Part shown: one piece after another, positions 1 to 13,606 of the stretch
Numbering within the stretch: position 1 is the first letter of the stretch
Layout of the letters: the number at the start of each line of letters is the position of its first letter
Source: an uncultured Gemmatimonadales bacterium
GTDB lineage: Bacteria > Gemmatimonadota > Gemmatimonadetes > Longimicrobiales > Longimicrobiaceae
DNA: 64,000 bases
Assembly (NCBI GenBank): GCA_963716255.1
Contig: OY970303.1
Coordinates: forward strand, 6,176,001 to 6,240,000
Direction of reading: 5' to 3'
The notes under the pieces: generated by a model
Told to the model about the DNA's origin: nothing
The model's database searches: none
What the model saw: the letters and a program-made list of their open reading frames with translations, nothing else
Program-made: the position numbers and the translations under genes

Positions 1-15
1 CGGGCGATCGTCAAC

Positions 16-1242
16 GTGCTGGTGCGGGTGGCGCGGGAGCTCGCCGCCACCGGCATCCCCGGCCCGCTGCGCGCGGTCAAGCTCCGGGGGAGCGGGAGCG
101 AGGCGGACGCGGAGCTGGAGGGCACCTCCGTGGAGCTGGTGGAGGACGCGCGGCTGGAGGCGCTGCTCGCCGAGGCGGAGGAGGGCGGGGAACCGCTGGT
201 CGTCGGCTCCACGGTGTGGTCGCTGTGGAAGCGGATGCGCGAGGCCCGCTCCCCCGAGGCGCCGGTGGCGTCCTGGTTCGACGTGGTGGTGATCGACGAG
301 GCGTCGCAGATCAAGGTGTCCGAGGCGCTGATCGCCCTCTCGTCCCTCCGCCCCGGCGGGCAGGTGATCCTGTGCGGCGACGACAAGCAGCTCGCCCCCG
401 TGATCCGCGGCCGGTACGGCGCGCGGGACGACAGCCTCTTCGGCTCGGTGTTCTCCCGCTTCGCGGAGTCGTTCCCAAAGCTCGCGCTGCGGGAGAGCCG
501 GCGGATGAACCGCGCGCTGGTGGAGTACCCGCGGGAGCTGTTCTATCCCGGGCTGGTCTCCATGTGCCCGGAAGAGCGGGTGCGCCTCACGGCCGGCACG
601 GCGCACCTGCTGGACGAGCTGGATTCGCTGCTGTGGGACGTGTTCTTCCGGCCCGAGGACGCGGTGGTGTTCTGCACCTACTCCGGCTACCGGGCCGGGG
701 CGCGCAACCCGTTCGAGGCGGCGCTGGCGGCGCGGCTCGCCCGCCTGGCGCGCGGGGGGATGCTGGACCGGGACACCGGCGAGCGGTTCGCGCCGGCGCG
801 CTTCGTGTCGCACGCGCTGGCGGTGCTCTCGCCGCACCGCGCGCAGAACAGCGCCATCTACGGCGAGCTGCTGGCGGGGGGGATGACGCGCGACGAGCTC
901 CCCGTGGTGGACACGGTGGAGCGCATGCAGGGGAACGAGCGGGAGATGGTGGTGGTCTCCTACGCCGTGGCGGACGGCGAGTACGCCGAGCGCGAGGCGG
1001 AATTCCTGCTCAACCCCAACCGCTTCAACGTCTCCATCACCCGCCCCCGCGGCAAGCTGGTGGTGCTCATGAGCGACGAGGTGCTGCGCGTGGTCCCCCG
1101 CGACGAGGAGGTGATGACCGGCTCCATGGCCATCAAGGGCTACGGCCGCCACTGCACGGATGCCGAGCGCGAGCTGGAGCTCCCCGCGCCGGACGGCGGG
1201 TCCGTCCGCGTGCGGTGCCGCTACCGCCGCCTTCAGAACTGA
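16..1242 (+). CDS. Superfamily 1 (Upf1/Dna2-like) helicase, C-terminal part; 5' end probably outside the window
   Basis: Motifs VVIDEASQ, GDDKQLAP, VDTVERMQGNERE, NRFNVSITR; no Walker A within the window. Confidence 0.85.
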   Translation: MLVRVARELAATGIPGPLRAVKLRGSGSEADAELEGTSVELVEDARLEALLAEAEEGGEPLVVGSTVWSLWKRMREARSPEAPVASWFDVVVIDEASQIKVSEALIALSSLRPGGQVILCGDDKQLAPVIRGRYGARDDSLFGSVFSRFAESFPKLALRESRRMNRALVEYPRELFYPGLVSMCPEERVRLTAGTAHLLDELDSLLWDVFFRPEDAVVFCTYSGYRAGARNPFEAALAARLARLARGGMLDRDTGERFAPARFVSHALAVLSPHRAQNSAIYGELLAGGMTRDELPVVDTVERMQGNEREMVVVSYAVADGEYAEREAEFLLNPNRFNVSITRPRGKLVVLMSDEVLRVVPRDEEVMTGSMAIKGYGRHCTDAERELELPAPDGGSVRVRCRYRRLQN

Positions 1243-1280
1243 CCCCAATCCTGCCGAAGCTCCACTCCGGGACGACCCTC

Positions 1281-1309
1281 TTGCTTTTCAATACGTAAAA
1301 ACGTATAAT
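1281..1309 (+). promoter_or_regulatory. Sigma70-type promoter of the TA operon with an overlapping palindromic operator
   Basis: TTGCTT-17 nt-TATAAT; perfect inverted repeat ATACGT-AAAA-ACGTAT at 1291-1306 overlaps the -10 box. Confidence 0.75.
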
Positions 1310-1323
1310 TCCTGGAGTCGAGC

Positions 1324-1722
1324 ATGGCGCCTAGGTACGTTCGCGAAGTCGAGCTGTTCACCGATGCCCGCGGCCGGTCGCGGGTGGCGGACGAGCTGAA
1401 GCGCATCGGGCGGAGCGACGCGCGTGGCATCCGCGCCATCCGCAACAAGGTCGATCTGCTCCGTCAGCAGTCGCTCGACGATGCGCTGCGGAGCCGGCTG
1501 ATCAAGAAGCCCAGCGCCACCCTGTACGTGCTGCGTGTGCAGAGCGGGCCGGTGTCGTACAGGCTCCCGTTCTTCGAGCCGCCGTGCCGCGGCGGGGCGC
1601 TCGTGGTGCTCACGAGCGCGGCTCACAGGCGGGACCTGCGGGGAGATTCCTACGCGGAACTGCTCGCGGACGCGGAGCGGCTCCGCGAGGACTGGATCCA
1701 ACGCAACTGCAAGGGAGGATGA
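1324..1722 (+). CDS. RelE/HigB-like type II toxin (Gp49-like)
   Basis: Small basic protein ([13 protein letters not shown]...LYVLRV...YRLPFF) directly upstream of and overlapping an XRE HTH gene; toxin-first order. Confidence 0.65.
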   Translation: MAPRYVREVELFTDARGRSRVADELKRIGRSDARGIRAIRNKVDLLRQQSLDDALRSRLIKKPSATLYVLRVQSGPVSYRLPFFEPPCRGGALVVLTSAAHRRDLRGDSYAELLADAERLREDWIQRNCKGG

Positions 1723-1724
1723 CC

Positions 1725-2102
1725 ATGCGCTCCGACGAGTTCTTTCGCCGCCTGGACGAGGAGTTTCCTACCGACCCCGCCGTCGCGGCCGAGGTGGATC
1801 CTCCCCACGTCCTGGCGAGCAACGTGTACCGCCTCCGCAAGGCCCGTGGCCTCACCCAGGAACAGCTCGCCGAAGCGGTGGGCGTCCGCCAGCCCCGCAT
1901 TGCCGAAGTGGAGCGCGGCGACGCCAATCCCCGTCTCCTGACCCTCTCCAAGCTGGCGTTCGCCCTCGGCGTCCCGGTCGCGGCGCTGCTCGACCCGGAC
2001 CACCCGGACCGGCTGGACGAGCCCGCCGCGCCCGTGGAATACCAGCGTGCGGCACCCCCGGTCCGCAGGGTCGCAGAGCCGCGCCCGGGGTTCCCCGAGT
2101 AG
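1725..2102 (+). CDS. XRE-family HTH antitoxin (HigA-like)
   Basis: [40 protein letters not shown]; alternative ATG at 1719 overlaps the toxin stop. Confidence 0.85.
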   Translation: MRSDEFFRRLDEEFPTDPAVAAEVDPPHVLASNVYRLRKARGLTQEQLAEAVGVRQPRIAEVERGDANPRLLTLSKLAFALGVPVAALLDPDHPDRLDEPAAPVEYQRAAPPVRRVAEPRPGFPE

Positions 2103-2242
2103 CGTCCCGATCCGTCCGCTCCCCCCCTCCGCGCCCTCCCGTCCTCCCGCCCCTTCCGCTCTCGACACCGGACCCCCTCCCGGGTTACAATCCTGGCCTT
2201 CCGACCCGCAACCGCAACGCTTTGCCGGATAGAGGCCAGCCC

Positions 2243-3493
<1,251 letters not shown>

Positions 3494-3698
3494 CGGCAGG
3501 GAGACGGGGCACAGGTTACAGGGGACAGCCTGCAACTACGGTAGGGCCTGCCGTGTCGTGCAGTTCGGGGGCTGTTCCCTGTTCCCTTGGGTGGTGTAAA
3601 GGCCGGGCGGGGATTCCCTGTTCCCTGTAGTTCTTGGATCCCGTCGGGGAGATCGGTGTAAGGAGCGGTCCCTGAACGCCCCCACCCCAAGTAAAGCC

Positions 3699-5084
3699 AT
3701 GCCGGAGCAGAAGAAGGCCTACATCGAGACGTACGGGTGCCAGATGAACATCAGCGACACCGAGCTGATGCACGGCATCCTCGCCGAGAGCGGGTACGCG
3801 TCCACCGACAGCCCCGAGGACGCGGACGTGATTCTGGTGAACACCTGCGCCATCCGCGACCACGCGGAGCAGCGGGTGATCGGCCGGGTGGGCCAGCTCC
3901 AGCAGTTCCGTCGGCAGGGCGCCGTGATCGGCGTCACCGGTTGCATGGCGCAGCGCATGGGCGCGGACCTCCTCGACCGCTCCGGCGGCGTGGACCTGGT
4001 GATGGGGCCCGACGCGTACCGGCAGCTCCCCGAAAAGCTCGCCGGGCTGCGCGCCCCGGTTCCCGCGCCGGCCCCGCGCTCCTTCGCGCTCCCGGTGATG
4101 GGCGCCCCGGCGAAGGGGCTCACGGTGCTGGGCTTCGATCCGTTCGAGAACTACGAGGGCGTCACGGCCCGGCGCACCTCCGCCATCTCGGCGTGGGTGC
4201 CCATCCAGCGCGGGTGCAACTACCGCTGCACCTACTGCATCGTCCCCTACGTCCGTGGCGACGAAAAGAACCGCGACCCCGAGCAGGTCCTCGCCGAGGT
4301 CCGCGCGCTGGCCGCCGACGGCGTCCCCGAGGTCACCCTCCTGGGCCAGACCGTCAACTCGTACGAGCACGGCGACTGGGACTTCCCCCGGCTGTTGAAA
4401 GCAGTTGCGGGTATCGACGGGATCCGGCGCGTGCGCTTCACCTCGCCGCACCCCAACGACTTCACGCGCGAGCTGGTGCGGGTCATGGCGGAGGAGCCCG
4501 CCGTGTGCAAGCAGCTGCACCTCCCGGCGCAGTCCGGCCACGACCGCACGCTCAGGCGCATGCTGCGCCGCTACACCGTGGAAGCGTACCTGGAAAAGAT
4601 CGCCTGGGTGCGCGAGGCCATCCCGCATGTCGCCCTGTCCACCGACATCATCGTCGCCTTCCCCGGCGAGACCGACGAGGAGTACGAGGCCACGCTCGAC
4701 CTGATGCGGACCGTGCGCTTCGACGACGCGTACCTGTACCGGTACTCCCTGCGCGACGGCACCCCGGCCACCCGCCTTCCCGCCGAGCAGTTCGTCCCCG
4801 ACGAGGTGGGCCAGGCGCGGCTGGAGCGGCTGATCGCGCTGCACCGCGGGATCCAGCTGGAGATCAACCGCGCCGAGGTGGGCCGGGTGGAGGAGGTGCT
4901 GGTGGAAAAGGAAGCGCGGCGCGGCGGGCTCCAGGGGCGCACCGACTCCAACAAGGTGGTCACCTTCGAGGGGCCCGCCTCGCTCATCGGCGGCTTCGCC
5001 GAGGTGCGCCTCGTTTCCACCTCGGGCGCCACCTTCGGCGGGGCGCTGGTGGAGGCCGCGGTTCCCTCGGGGGCCGCGGCATGA
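3699..5084 (+). CDS. miaB: tRNA methylthiotransferase MiaB
   Basis: TYGCQMN N-terminus, radical SAM CNYRCTYC, C-terminal TRAM-like region. Confidence 0.95.
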   Translation: MPEQKKAYIETYGCQMNISDTELMHGILAESGYASTDSPEDADVILVNTCAIRDHAEQRVIGRVGQLQQFRRQGAVIGVTGCMAQRMGADLLDRSGGVDLVMGPDAYRQLPEKLAGLRAPVPAPAPRSFALPVMGAPAKGLTVLGFDPFENYEGVTARRTSAISAWVPIQRGCNYRCTYCIVPYVRGDEKNRDPEQVLAEVRALAADGVPEVTLLGQTVNSYEHGDWDFPRLLKAVAGIDGIRRVRFTSPHPNDFTRELVRVMAEEPAVCKQLHLPAQSGHDRTLRRMLRRYTVEAYLEKIAWVREAIPHVALSTDIIVAFPGETDEEYEATLDLMRTVRFDDAYLYRYSLRDGTPATRLPAEQFVPDEVGQARLERLIALHRGIQLEINRAEVGRVEEVLVEKEARRGGLQGRTDSNKVVTFEGPASLIGGFAEVRLVSTSGATFGGALVEAAVPSGAAA

Positions 5085-5377
5085 CGCGCGGCGGCTGGTT
5101 GGGAATCGCCGCCCTCGCGCTCCTGGCCGCCGCGTTCGCCTACGCCAACCGGGGCGAGGCGGCGGCTGTCCACCTGGGCTTCGCCACGTTCTACCGGGCG
5201 CCGGTGGCGCTGCTGGTGCTGGGGTCGTTCCTGCTGGGGATGGTCGCCATGTTCCTGCTGGGGCTGCGGCAGGACCTCCGGGTGCGGCGCATGCTCCGGG
5301 AGCGGCAGGTGTCGCGGTCCCACGACGACTCGACCGAGCTGTTCCCGCAGCGGTATTCTCCTCCCGATCTTTCCTGA
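5081..5377 (+). CDS. Small membrane protein, LapA-like
   Basis: ATGA overlap with miaB; two hydrophobic segments, FAYAN...VHLGF pattern. Confidence 0.6.
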   Translation: MTRGGWLGIAALALLAAAFAYANRGEAAAVHLGFATFYRAPVALLVLGSFLLGMVAMFLLGLRQDLRVRRMLRERQVSRSHDDSTELFPQRYSPPDLS

Positions 5378-5424
5378 AGTCTTTTCCCGGCTGAAATAGA
5401 GATCGTCCGGTTCCGGGGCTTGGG

Positions 5425-5590
5425 TCCGCTCCGGAGCCGGACGATACTACTGTCCGTCTCCTGCGCGGGTCGCGGAGCCACCGGAAACTGCCCCGGTGTC
5501 TCCGCTCCGGCTCCGTGAGCCTCGCGCAAACTGCCGCGCGAGTCTCCCTCCGCGACATCATCTGGGAACTGCGGGGAACTGCGAACCGCC
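5425..5590. repeat. Intergenic structured repeat family B, copy 1
   Basis: Aligns with 32316-32485 and the reverse complement of 45137-45311; built from GAGCC-stem-AAACTGC-stem-GTCTC hairpins. Confidence 0.8.
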
Positions 5591-5669
5591 GCGAACGCGG
5601 GCGTCGCCGTGTCGCCGCGCCCGGGCGACAATCCCTGGTCCGCCTCCCACCCCCCACTTCCCGCCCGGG

Positions 5670-8048
5670 ATGCCCTACCTCACGCTCCCGCTGGTCCTCG
5701 CCTTCTTCGCGCTCCTCGCCGGCCTGCTCCCCGGCCTCCGGTTCGGAGGGCCGCCGCTCGTCCCGGCGCTCGGCGCCTGCGCGGCGGTGCTCGCCGCGCT
5801 CGCGTACGCCCGCGACGGCGCCCGCGCGCCGCGCGACCGGTTCGTCCCCGCGGCGCTGCTCGTTGCGTTCGCGCTGGCGGGGGCGGCGCTCGGGGCGAGC
5901 GGGCGGCGCGACGTGGAGGCGGACTGCCGCATCCGCATCCCGGAAGGCGCTCGGCTGGCCGTGCGCGGCGTCCTCGGCGCCAACGCGGTCCCCACGGTCC
6001 GCGACGGGAAGCCGCGCTCCGCCCGCGTTCCCGTGGAGGTCCTGGAGATGCGCGCCGGGGGGCGCGTCGTCCCGGGGTGCGGCGGCGAGGTCAGCGTCCG
6101 CATGCCCCGCGAGGCGGGGCCCATGCGCGCCGGGACGGAGGTCGTCGTGCGGGGGACGTGGGCGCGCTACCCGGCGCCCGACGGTCCCGGGCGCTGGCCG
6201 CGCAACCCGGCGTATGCCGGGATGGTGGAGGCGCGCCAGGCCGCCGTCCGCGCTCCGCCCTCGCTCGCCGCGCACCCGCTGCTCGCCCTGCGCGGGCGGA
6301 GCGAGGCCCACCTCCACCACGTGTTCCCGCGGCACGGCGCCCTCGCCGACGCGCTGCTCCTGGGGAGGCGCGAGGGGCTGGACCGCGAGCTGAGCGACCG
6401 CTTCGCGCAGTCCGGGCTGGTGCACCTGCTGGCGATCTCCGGCGGGCACGTGGCGCTCATCGCCACCGCGCTGATGCTCCTGGGGAGCGTGCTCCGCTTC
6501 GGGCGGAGATCCGTCACCTGGAGCACCCTCCTGCTGGTGGCCGTGTACCTGGCGGTGATCGGCGCGCCGGCTTCGGCCGTCCGCTCCGGGATCATGGTGG
6601 GGCTCGGCCTCGTCGCCGTGCTCCTCCAGCGCCCCTCGGCGGCGCTCCCCGTCGTCGCGGCGTCCGCGCTGGCGATCCTCGCCTTCCAGCCCACCGCGGT
6701 GCTGGATCCCGGGTTCCAGCTGTCGTTCGCGGGAGTGCTGGGCATCATGCTGCTGCGCGGTCCCATGCTGCGGCACGTGCCGTCCGCCTGGAAGCGGTAC
6801 CCGGCGGCCCGCTGGACGGCGGAGTCGCTGGTGGTGAGCCTGGCGGCGTTCGTGGCCACGGCGCCGGTGACGGCGTACCACTTCGGCCAGGTGGCGCCGG
6901 TGTCCATCCTGGCGAACCTGCCGGCCATCCCGCTCACCTCGCTGGCGCTGGTGGGCGTGGGCGTTGCCGCCCTGGTGGAGCCGGTGGTCCCACCGCTGGG
7001 ACGGATGTTTGCGGATGGCACCGGGCTTGCGCTCGACCTGCTGGACGCGACGGCCCGGTACGCCGCGGCGGTCCCGGGCGGGCACCGCGCGGTGGCGCCG
7101 CCGCAGGGGTGGCTGTGGGCCGCGGTGGCGGTGGTGGTGCTGCTGGCGCTGGACGCCGGCGCGAAGATGCGCTCCGCCGTCCGCTGGACGGTGGCCGCGT
7201 GCGCGGCGTGCGCCGCCTTCCTCGCGCTCCCGGCGGTGGCCGCGTCCACCGGCGCGGGGGCGCTGGAGATCCACTTCATAGACGTGGGGCAGGGGGACGC
7301 CGTCGCAATCCGCACCCCCGCCGACCGCTGGATCCTGGTGGACGCCGGGCCGCGCGACGAGGGGTTCGACGCCGGCGAGCGGCGCGTTCTCCCCTTCCTG
7401 CGGGCCCACGGCGCGCGGCGGCTGGAGGCGCTGGTGCTCACGCACCCCCACGCCGACCACGTGGGGGGCGCGCCCGCGGTGCTCGGCGCGCTCCCCGTGG
7501 GGCGGGTGATCGATCCCGGGCTCCCCACCGGTACCCCCTGGTACCTGGAGACGCTGCGCGCCGCCGAAGCGCGCCGCGTTCCCTGGGCCGAGGCGCGCGA
7601 GGGGCGCACGCTCACCCTGGACGGCGTGGTCGTGGAGCTCCTCTGGCCGCTCCCGGGCTCGCTTGACTTTGTTGCAGACGCGAACAAAATTAGCGCGGTG
7701 ATACAGGTTCGCTACGGGAGCTTTTCGGCGCTGCTGACGGGGGACGCGGGGGAGGAAGAGGAGGCGGCGATCCTCGCCCGCCACCCGGGCGGGCTGCGCG
7801 CGCAGCTCCTCAAGGCCGGGCACCACGGCAGCCGCACCTCCACCTCCGCCGCCCTGCTGGACGCCCTGCGCCCGGAGCTGGTGGTGGTTTCCGCGGGTCG
7901 CCGGAACCACTACGGCCACCCGGCCCCGGAGACGCTGCGCCGGCTGGAGGCGCGCGGCATCCCCGTCGCCCGCACCGACCGCGAGGGCAACGTGTCCGTG
8001 CGGGTGCCCGCGGGCGGGCGGAGCGGGTGGGAGCGCGTGGAATCGTGA
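5670..8048 (+). CDS. comEC: DNA uptake competence protein ComEC/Rec2
   Basis: HLLAISGGHV, GFQLSF, metallo-beta-lactamase motifs DVGQGDA, THPHADHVGG, GHHGSRTS. Confidence 0.93.
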   Translation: MPYLTLPLVLAFFALLAGLLPGLRFGGPPLVPALGACAAVLAALAYARDGARAPRDRFVPAALLVAFALAGAALGASGRRDVEADCRIRIPEGARLAVRGVLGANAVPTVRDGKPRSARVPVEVLEMRAGGRVVPGCGGEVSVRMPREAGPMRAGTEVVVRGTWARYPAPDGPGRWPRNPAYAGMVEARQAAVRAPPSLAAHPLLALRGRSEAHLHHVFPRHGALADALLLGRREGLDRELSDRFAQSGLVHLLAISGGHVALIATALMLLGSVLRFGRRSVTWSTLLLVAVYLAVIGAPASAVRSGIMVGLGLVAVLLQRPSAALPVVAASALAILAFQPTAVLDPGFQLSFAGVLGIMLLRGPMLRHVPSAWKRYPAARWTAESLVVSLAAFVATAPVTAYHFGQVAPVSILANLPAIPLTSLALVGVGVAALVEPVVPPLGRMFADGTGLALDLLDATARYAAAVPGGHRAVAPPQGWLWAAVAVVVLLALDAGAKMRSAVRWTVAACAACAAFLALPAVAASTGAGALEIHFIDVGQGDAVAIRTPADRWILVDAGPRDEGFDAGERRVLPFLRAHGARRLEALVLTHPHADHVGGAPAVLGALPVGRVIDPGLPTGTPWYLETLRAAEARRVPWAEAREGRTLTLDGVVVELLWPLPGSLDFVADANKISAVIQVRYGSFSALLTGDAGEEEEAAILARHPGGLRAQLLKAGHHGSRTSTSAALLDALRPELVVVSAGRRNHYGHPAPETLRRLEARGIPVARTDREGNVSVRVPAGGRSGWERVES

Positions 8049-8422
8049 GCCTCCTGGAGATGCTCCTGCGGCCCGTGCTCGGCCGCCGCGTGGCGCCGCC
8101 GCCCGAGGTGGCCCCCGACGTCCCCGGCGGGGTGACTTTCCGCGAGGGGAGGCTGGTCCCCGCCATCGGCGGCGTCCTGGGAAGGATGAAGGGGCCCGCC
8201 TCCGCGGTGACGCTGGGGCACACCATCGTCGTCCATCCCGGCGCGCGGCTCTCCCGGCGGCTGCTGGTGCACGAGCTGACCCACGTCCGCCAGTGGGAGG
8301 AGGACCGTCTCTTCCCCCTGCGGTACGCGCTGGAGAGCCTGCGGCGCGGCTACCGGAACAACCGCTACGAGCTGGAGGCCCGCGAAGCCGAGCGGGACGC
8401 TCCCGGCGCCAACCCAATCTGA
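8045..8422 (+). CDS. DUF4157-like small zincin (HExxH) protein
   Basis: AVTLGHTI...LLVHELTHVRQW...YELEAR; GTGA overlap with comEC. Confidence 0.7.
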   Translation: MSLLEMLLRPVLGRRVAPPPEVAPDVPGGVTFREGRLVPAIGGVLGRMKGPASAVTLGHTIVVHPGARLSRRLLVHELTHVRQWEEDRLFPLRYALESLRRGYRNNRYELEAREAERDAPGANPI

Positions 8423-8435
8423 GCCAGAGGACTCC

Positions 8436-9461
8436 GTGACCAAATCCGTCGTCACCATCGAGCGGCACATCATCGAAGCCGAGCGCCAGTTCCCGGAAGC
8501 CACGGGCGCCTTCAGCAGCATCCTCTACGACATCGCCTTCGCGGCCAAGATGATCGCCAGGGAGGTGCGCCGCGCGGGGCTGAACGACATCCTGGGGCTC
8601 ACGGGTGAGGTCAACGTACAGGGCGAGGAGGTCAAGAAGCTGGACGAGTTCGCCAACGACGTGATCTTCAAGGCGCTCGACCACACGGGCCACCTGTGCG
8701 GCATGGCGTCGGAGGAGGAGGAGGACTTCATCCCCATCCCCGACCGCTTCCCCACCGGCAAGTACTGCGTCATGTACGACCCGCTCGACGGCTCGTCCAA
8801 CATCGACGCCAACGTGTCCGTGGGGACCATCTTCTCCATCCACCGCAAGGTCTCGGACCACGAGCGCGGGTGCGTGCAGGACTGCCTCCAGCCGGGGACG
8901 CGCCAGGTGGCGGCGGGCTACGTGGTGTACGGGTCGTCCACCATGCTGGTGTACACCACCGGCAACGGGGTGCACGGCTTCACGCTGGAGCCCTCCATCG
9001 GCGAGTTCCTCCTGTCGCACCCCAACATGCGCATCCCCGCTCCCGGGCAGCGCATCTACTCGTGCAACGAGGGCAACTACGTCCACTGGACCGAGGAGCA
9101 GCGCCGCTTCGTGGACCACCTCAAGGGGGTGGACGGGGAGAACGCGAAGCCCTTCAGCTCGCGCTACATCGGCTCGCTGGTGGCGGACTTCCACCGCAAC
9201 CTGCTGTACGGCGGCCTGTTCATGTACCCCGCCGACGCGCGGAGCCCGCGCGGCAAGCTGCGCCTGCTGTACGAGGCCGCACCGCTGGCCATGATCTGCG
9301 AGCACGCGGGCGGCCGCGCCTCGGACGGAGCGCAGAGGATCCTGGAGATCGTCCCCACGGAGCTGCACGAGCGCACTCCGCTCTACATCGGCACCGCGGC
9401 GTACGTGGAGCAGGCCGAGCGCTTCCTCGCCGGGGCAGGGGCGGCGACGGCGGTGGCCTGA
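8436..9461 (+). CDS. fbp: Class I fructose-1,6-bisphosphatase
   Basis: DPLDGSSNID, RYIGSLVADFHRNLLYGG, GKLRLLYE. Confidence 0.97.
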   Translation: MTKSVVTIERHIIEAERQFPEATGAFSSILYDIAFAAKMIAREVRRAGLNDILGLTGEVNVQGEEVKKLDEFANDVIFKALDHTGHLCGMASEEEEDFIPIPDRFPTGKYCVMYDPLDGSSNIDANVSVGTIFSIHRKVSDHERGCVQDCLQPGTRQVAAGYVVYGSSTMLVYTTGNGVHGFTLEPSIGEFLLSHPNMRIPAPGQRIYSCNEGNYVHWTEEQRRFVDHLKGVDGENAKPFSSRYIGSLVADFHRNLLYGGLFMYPADARSPRGKLRLLYEAAPLAMICEHAGGRASDGAQRILEIVPTELHERTPLYIGTAAYVEQAERFLAGAGAATAVA

Positions 9462-9466
9462 GCCCG

Positions 9467-9748
9467 GTGGACGCCGCCGGGGAGCGCCGCCTGGTGGTGG
9501 ACCGCCTGGAGGGCGACCTGGTGGTGGCCCGCGACCACGGCGGAGGCTTCCACGACCTCCCCCGCTGGCTCCTCCCGGCGGGGCTCCGCGAGGGCGACGT
9601 GGTGGTGGCGCGCGCGGAGGGGGAGGGAGCCGGGGCCAGGGTGGAGCTGACCATCGACCGGGAGGCGGGCGCCGCGGGCCGCGGGGAAGCGGCTGCGATC
9701 CTCGCCCGCCTCCGGCGCGGCGACTCGGGGGAGGACCTTCCGGCCTAG
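9467..9748 (+). CDS. DUF3006-like small protein
   Basis: VVDRLEGDLVV...LPRWLLPAGLREGDVV pattern. Confidence 0.65.
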   Translation: MDAAGERRLVVDRLEGDLVVARDHGGGFHDLPRWLLPAGLREGDVVVARAEGEGAGARVELTIDREAGAAGRGEAAAILARLRRGDSGEDLPA

Positions 9749-9870
9749 CGCCGGGAGGTCCTTTTTCTCGCGGCGCTCCCGCGCAGAGGTTGAACGAATC
9801 CCGCAGGCTTCATTAGATTGCGGGGTTGGCGGTACCCGCCCCGCGGCCCGGACGCGAACCAGAACCCCGC

Positions 9871-10284
9871 ATGCATCCTACCTGTCCGCTCTGCCGGCAC
9901 CCGATGTCCGTCGCGGAAAGCGCCTCCGGCCTGCTCGGGGAGCCGCCTCGCTACGTGTGCCGGAGCCCGGGATGCCTCGGCAGCTCGCTTGCCTCCGAAG
10001 CCACCACCTGGCTGGGCGGCGGCCCCCGGCAGCAGGGCGGCGCCCCGGAGGTGCTGGGCACGCCGCACGCGGAGCCGACCTATACCGCGCCCGGGAACAC
10101 CACCTGGCTCGGCGGCTCTCCGTCGTACGCTCCGGAGCCCCCCCGCCGCTCCACCGTGCGCGAGCGCGGGACCTCCCCCAGCCCCAACGGCCACGAGTTC
10201 GAGGACGGAGTCTGCCTGCACTGCGGCCGCATGGAGCGCCTCGCCGGCCGTTACGGATGGAGCTGCCCGGTCCGCCTGCCCTGA
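9871..10284 (+). CDS. Hypothetical protein with Cys pairs (possible Zn ribbons)
   Basis: CPLC, CRSPGC, CLHC and a duplicated TTWLGG motif. Confidence 0.5.
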   Translation: MHPTCPLCRHPMSVAESASGLLGEPPRYVCRSPGCLGSSLASEATTWLGGGPRQQGGAPEVLGTPHAEPTYTAPGNTTWLGGSPSYAPEPPRRSTVRERGTSPSPNGHEFEDGVCLHCGRMERLAGRYGWSCPVRLP

Positions 10285-10352
10285 AAACGGCAGGCAACAG
10301 GGTTCATCGGTTCACGCGCAGCGTGAAGCGTCACAGCCTGCGACGGCAACTG

Positions 10353-10382
10353 CGCCCCCGCCGGGAGATCCCGGCGGGGGCG
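10353..10382. terminator. GC-rich hairpin, probable terminator
   Basis: CGCCCCCGCCGGG-AGAT-CCCGGCGGGGGCG; near-identical hairpin at 32485-32524. Confidence 0.5.
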
Positions 10383-10635
10383 TTCGGCCTTCACCCGGCT
10401 CGCTTGAGGCTCGCCACCCTCTCCCGATGTTGGGAGAGGGGGCTAACGGCATGTGCCCCCGCGGGCTCCGGGGTTGATGGTCGGCCGTGGGAGGCTCCTC
10501 CGGCAGTGCGAAACTCGCCCATCGCCCGATGTGAGGGCGAGATCACGCTGGCTTCGAACAAACGCACCGCCTGCGGACCCTCCCCCGACCTCGCGGCGCA
10601 GATCACAACCGCAACAGCCCTGTCGTTGGTCGTTC

Positions 10636-10690
10636 TCCCCTCTCCCGCTTGCGGGGGAGGGGCGGCGCGCAGCGCCGGGGAGGGGGCCCC
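10636..10690. repeat. REP-like palindrome family C (CCCTCTCCCGCTTGCGGGGGAGGG)
   Basis: Related copies at about 10417-10443, 22991-23043 and 32559-32610, most next to family A elements. Confidence 0.65.
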
Positions 10691-10693
10691 CGG

Positions 10694-10847
10694 CGGACGC
10701 CAGCGCGATCCCCGCGTGAGGGATTTCGGCCCGAAGGGGCGAGACCCCGCGGGCAGTTTCGCGGGGGCTCGACTCCGTTAGCGAGCGTTGTTTGCTCGCT
10801 TACGGAGCCGAAGCCCGACCCCGGCGCCAGCCGGGGGCACGCCCAAA
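10694..10847 (-). repeat. Structured repeat family A, copy 1 (Flavo-1-like RNA/REP element)
   Basis: About 140-150 nt element with six copies in the window; ends GGGCGTG...CCCTCACGCG read on the strand of the upstream gene. Confidence 0.9.
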
Positions 10848-10855
10848 GCCGCCGT

Positions 10856-13519
<2,664 letters not shown>

Positions 13520-13606
13520 GAACTCTCCTGGGGGGGTGGGCAAGCTCTTCGGTGGATGCGGGCGGCGCCGCGACTGCCCGCGCGACGGAGGCAAGATCGG
13601 GACCCG

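Noticed and set aside
1535..2242. N-terminal extensions on GlyA, and likewise on GlmM, TnsC, UbiX and Mrp in the ORF track
   Set aside because: Homology and RBS positions support the downstream starts; the extensions overlap other genes
3494..3698. AGGG(A/G)ACAG / CTGTTCCCT short repeats between glyA and miaB as a riboswitch or sRNA
   Set aside because: Only loose short inverted repeats, with a similar stretch at about 45105; no recognisable riboswitch consensus
3516..9368. 1950-aa minus-strand ORF, and similar long ORFs such as 10649-14614, 32812-36432 and 37201-41697
   Set aside because: Shadow or alternate-frame ORFs caused by high GC; they overlap well-supported genes and have Arg/Gly/Pro-rich composition without motifs, apart from the real gene at 32812-33894
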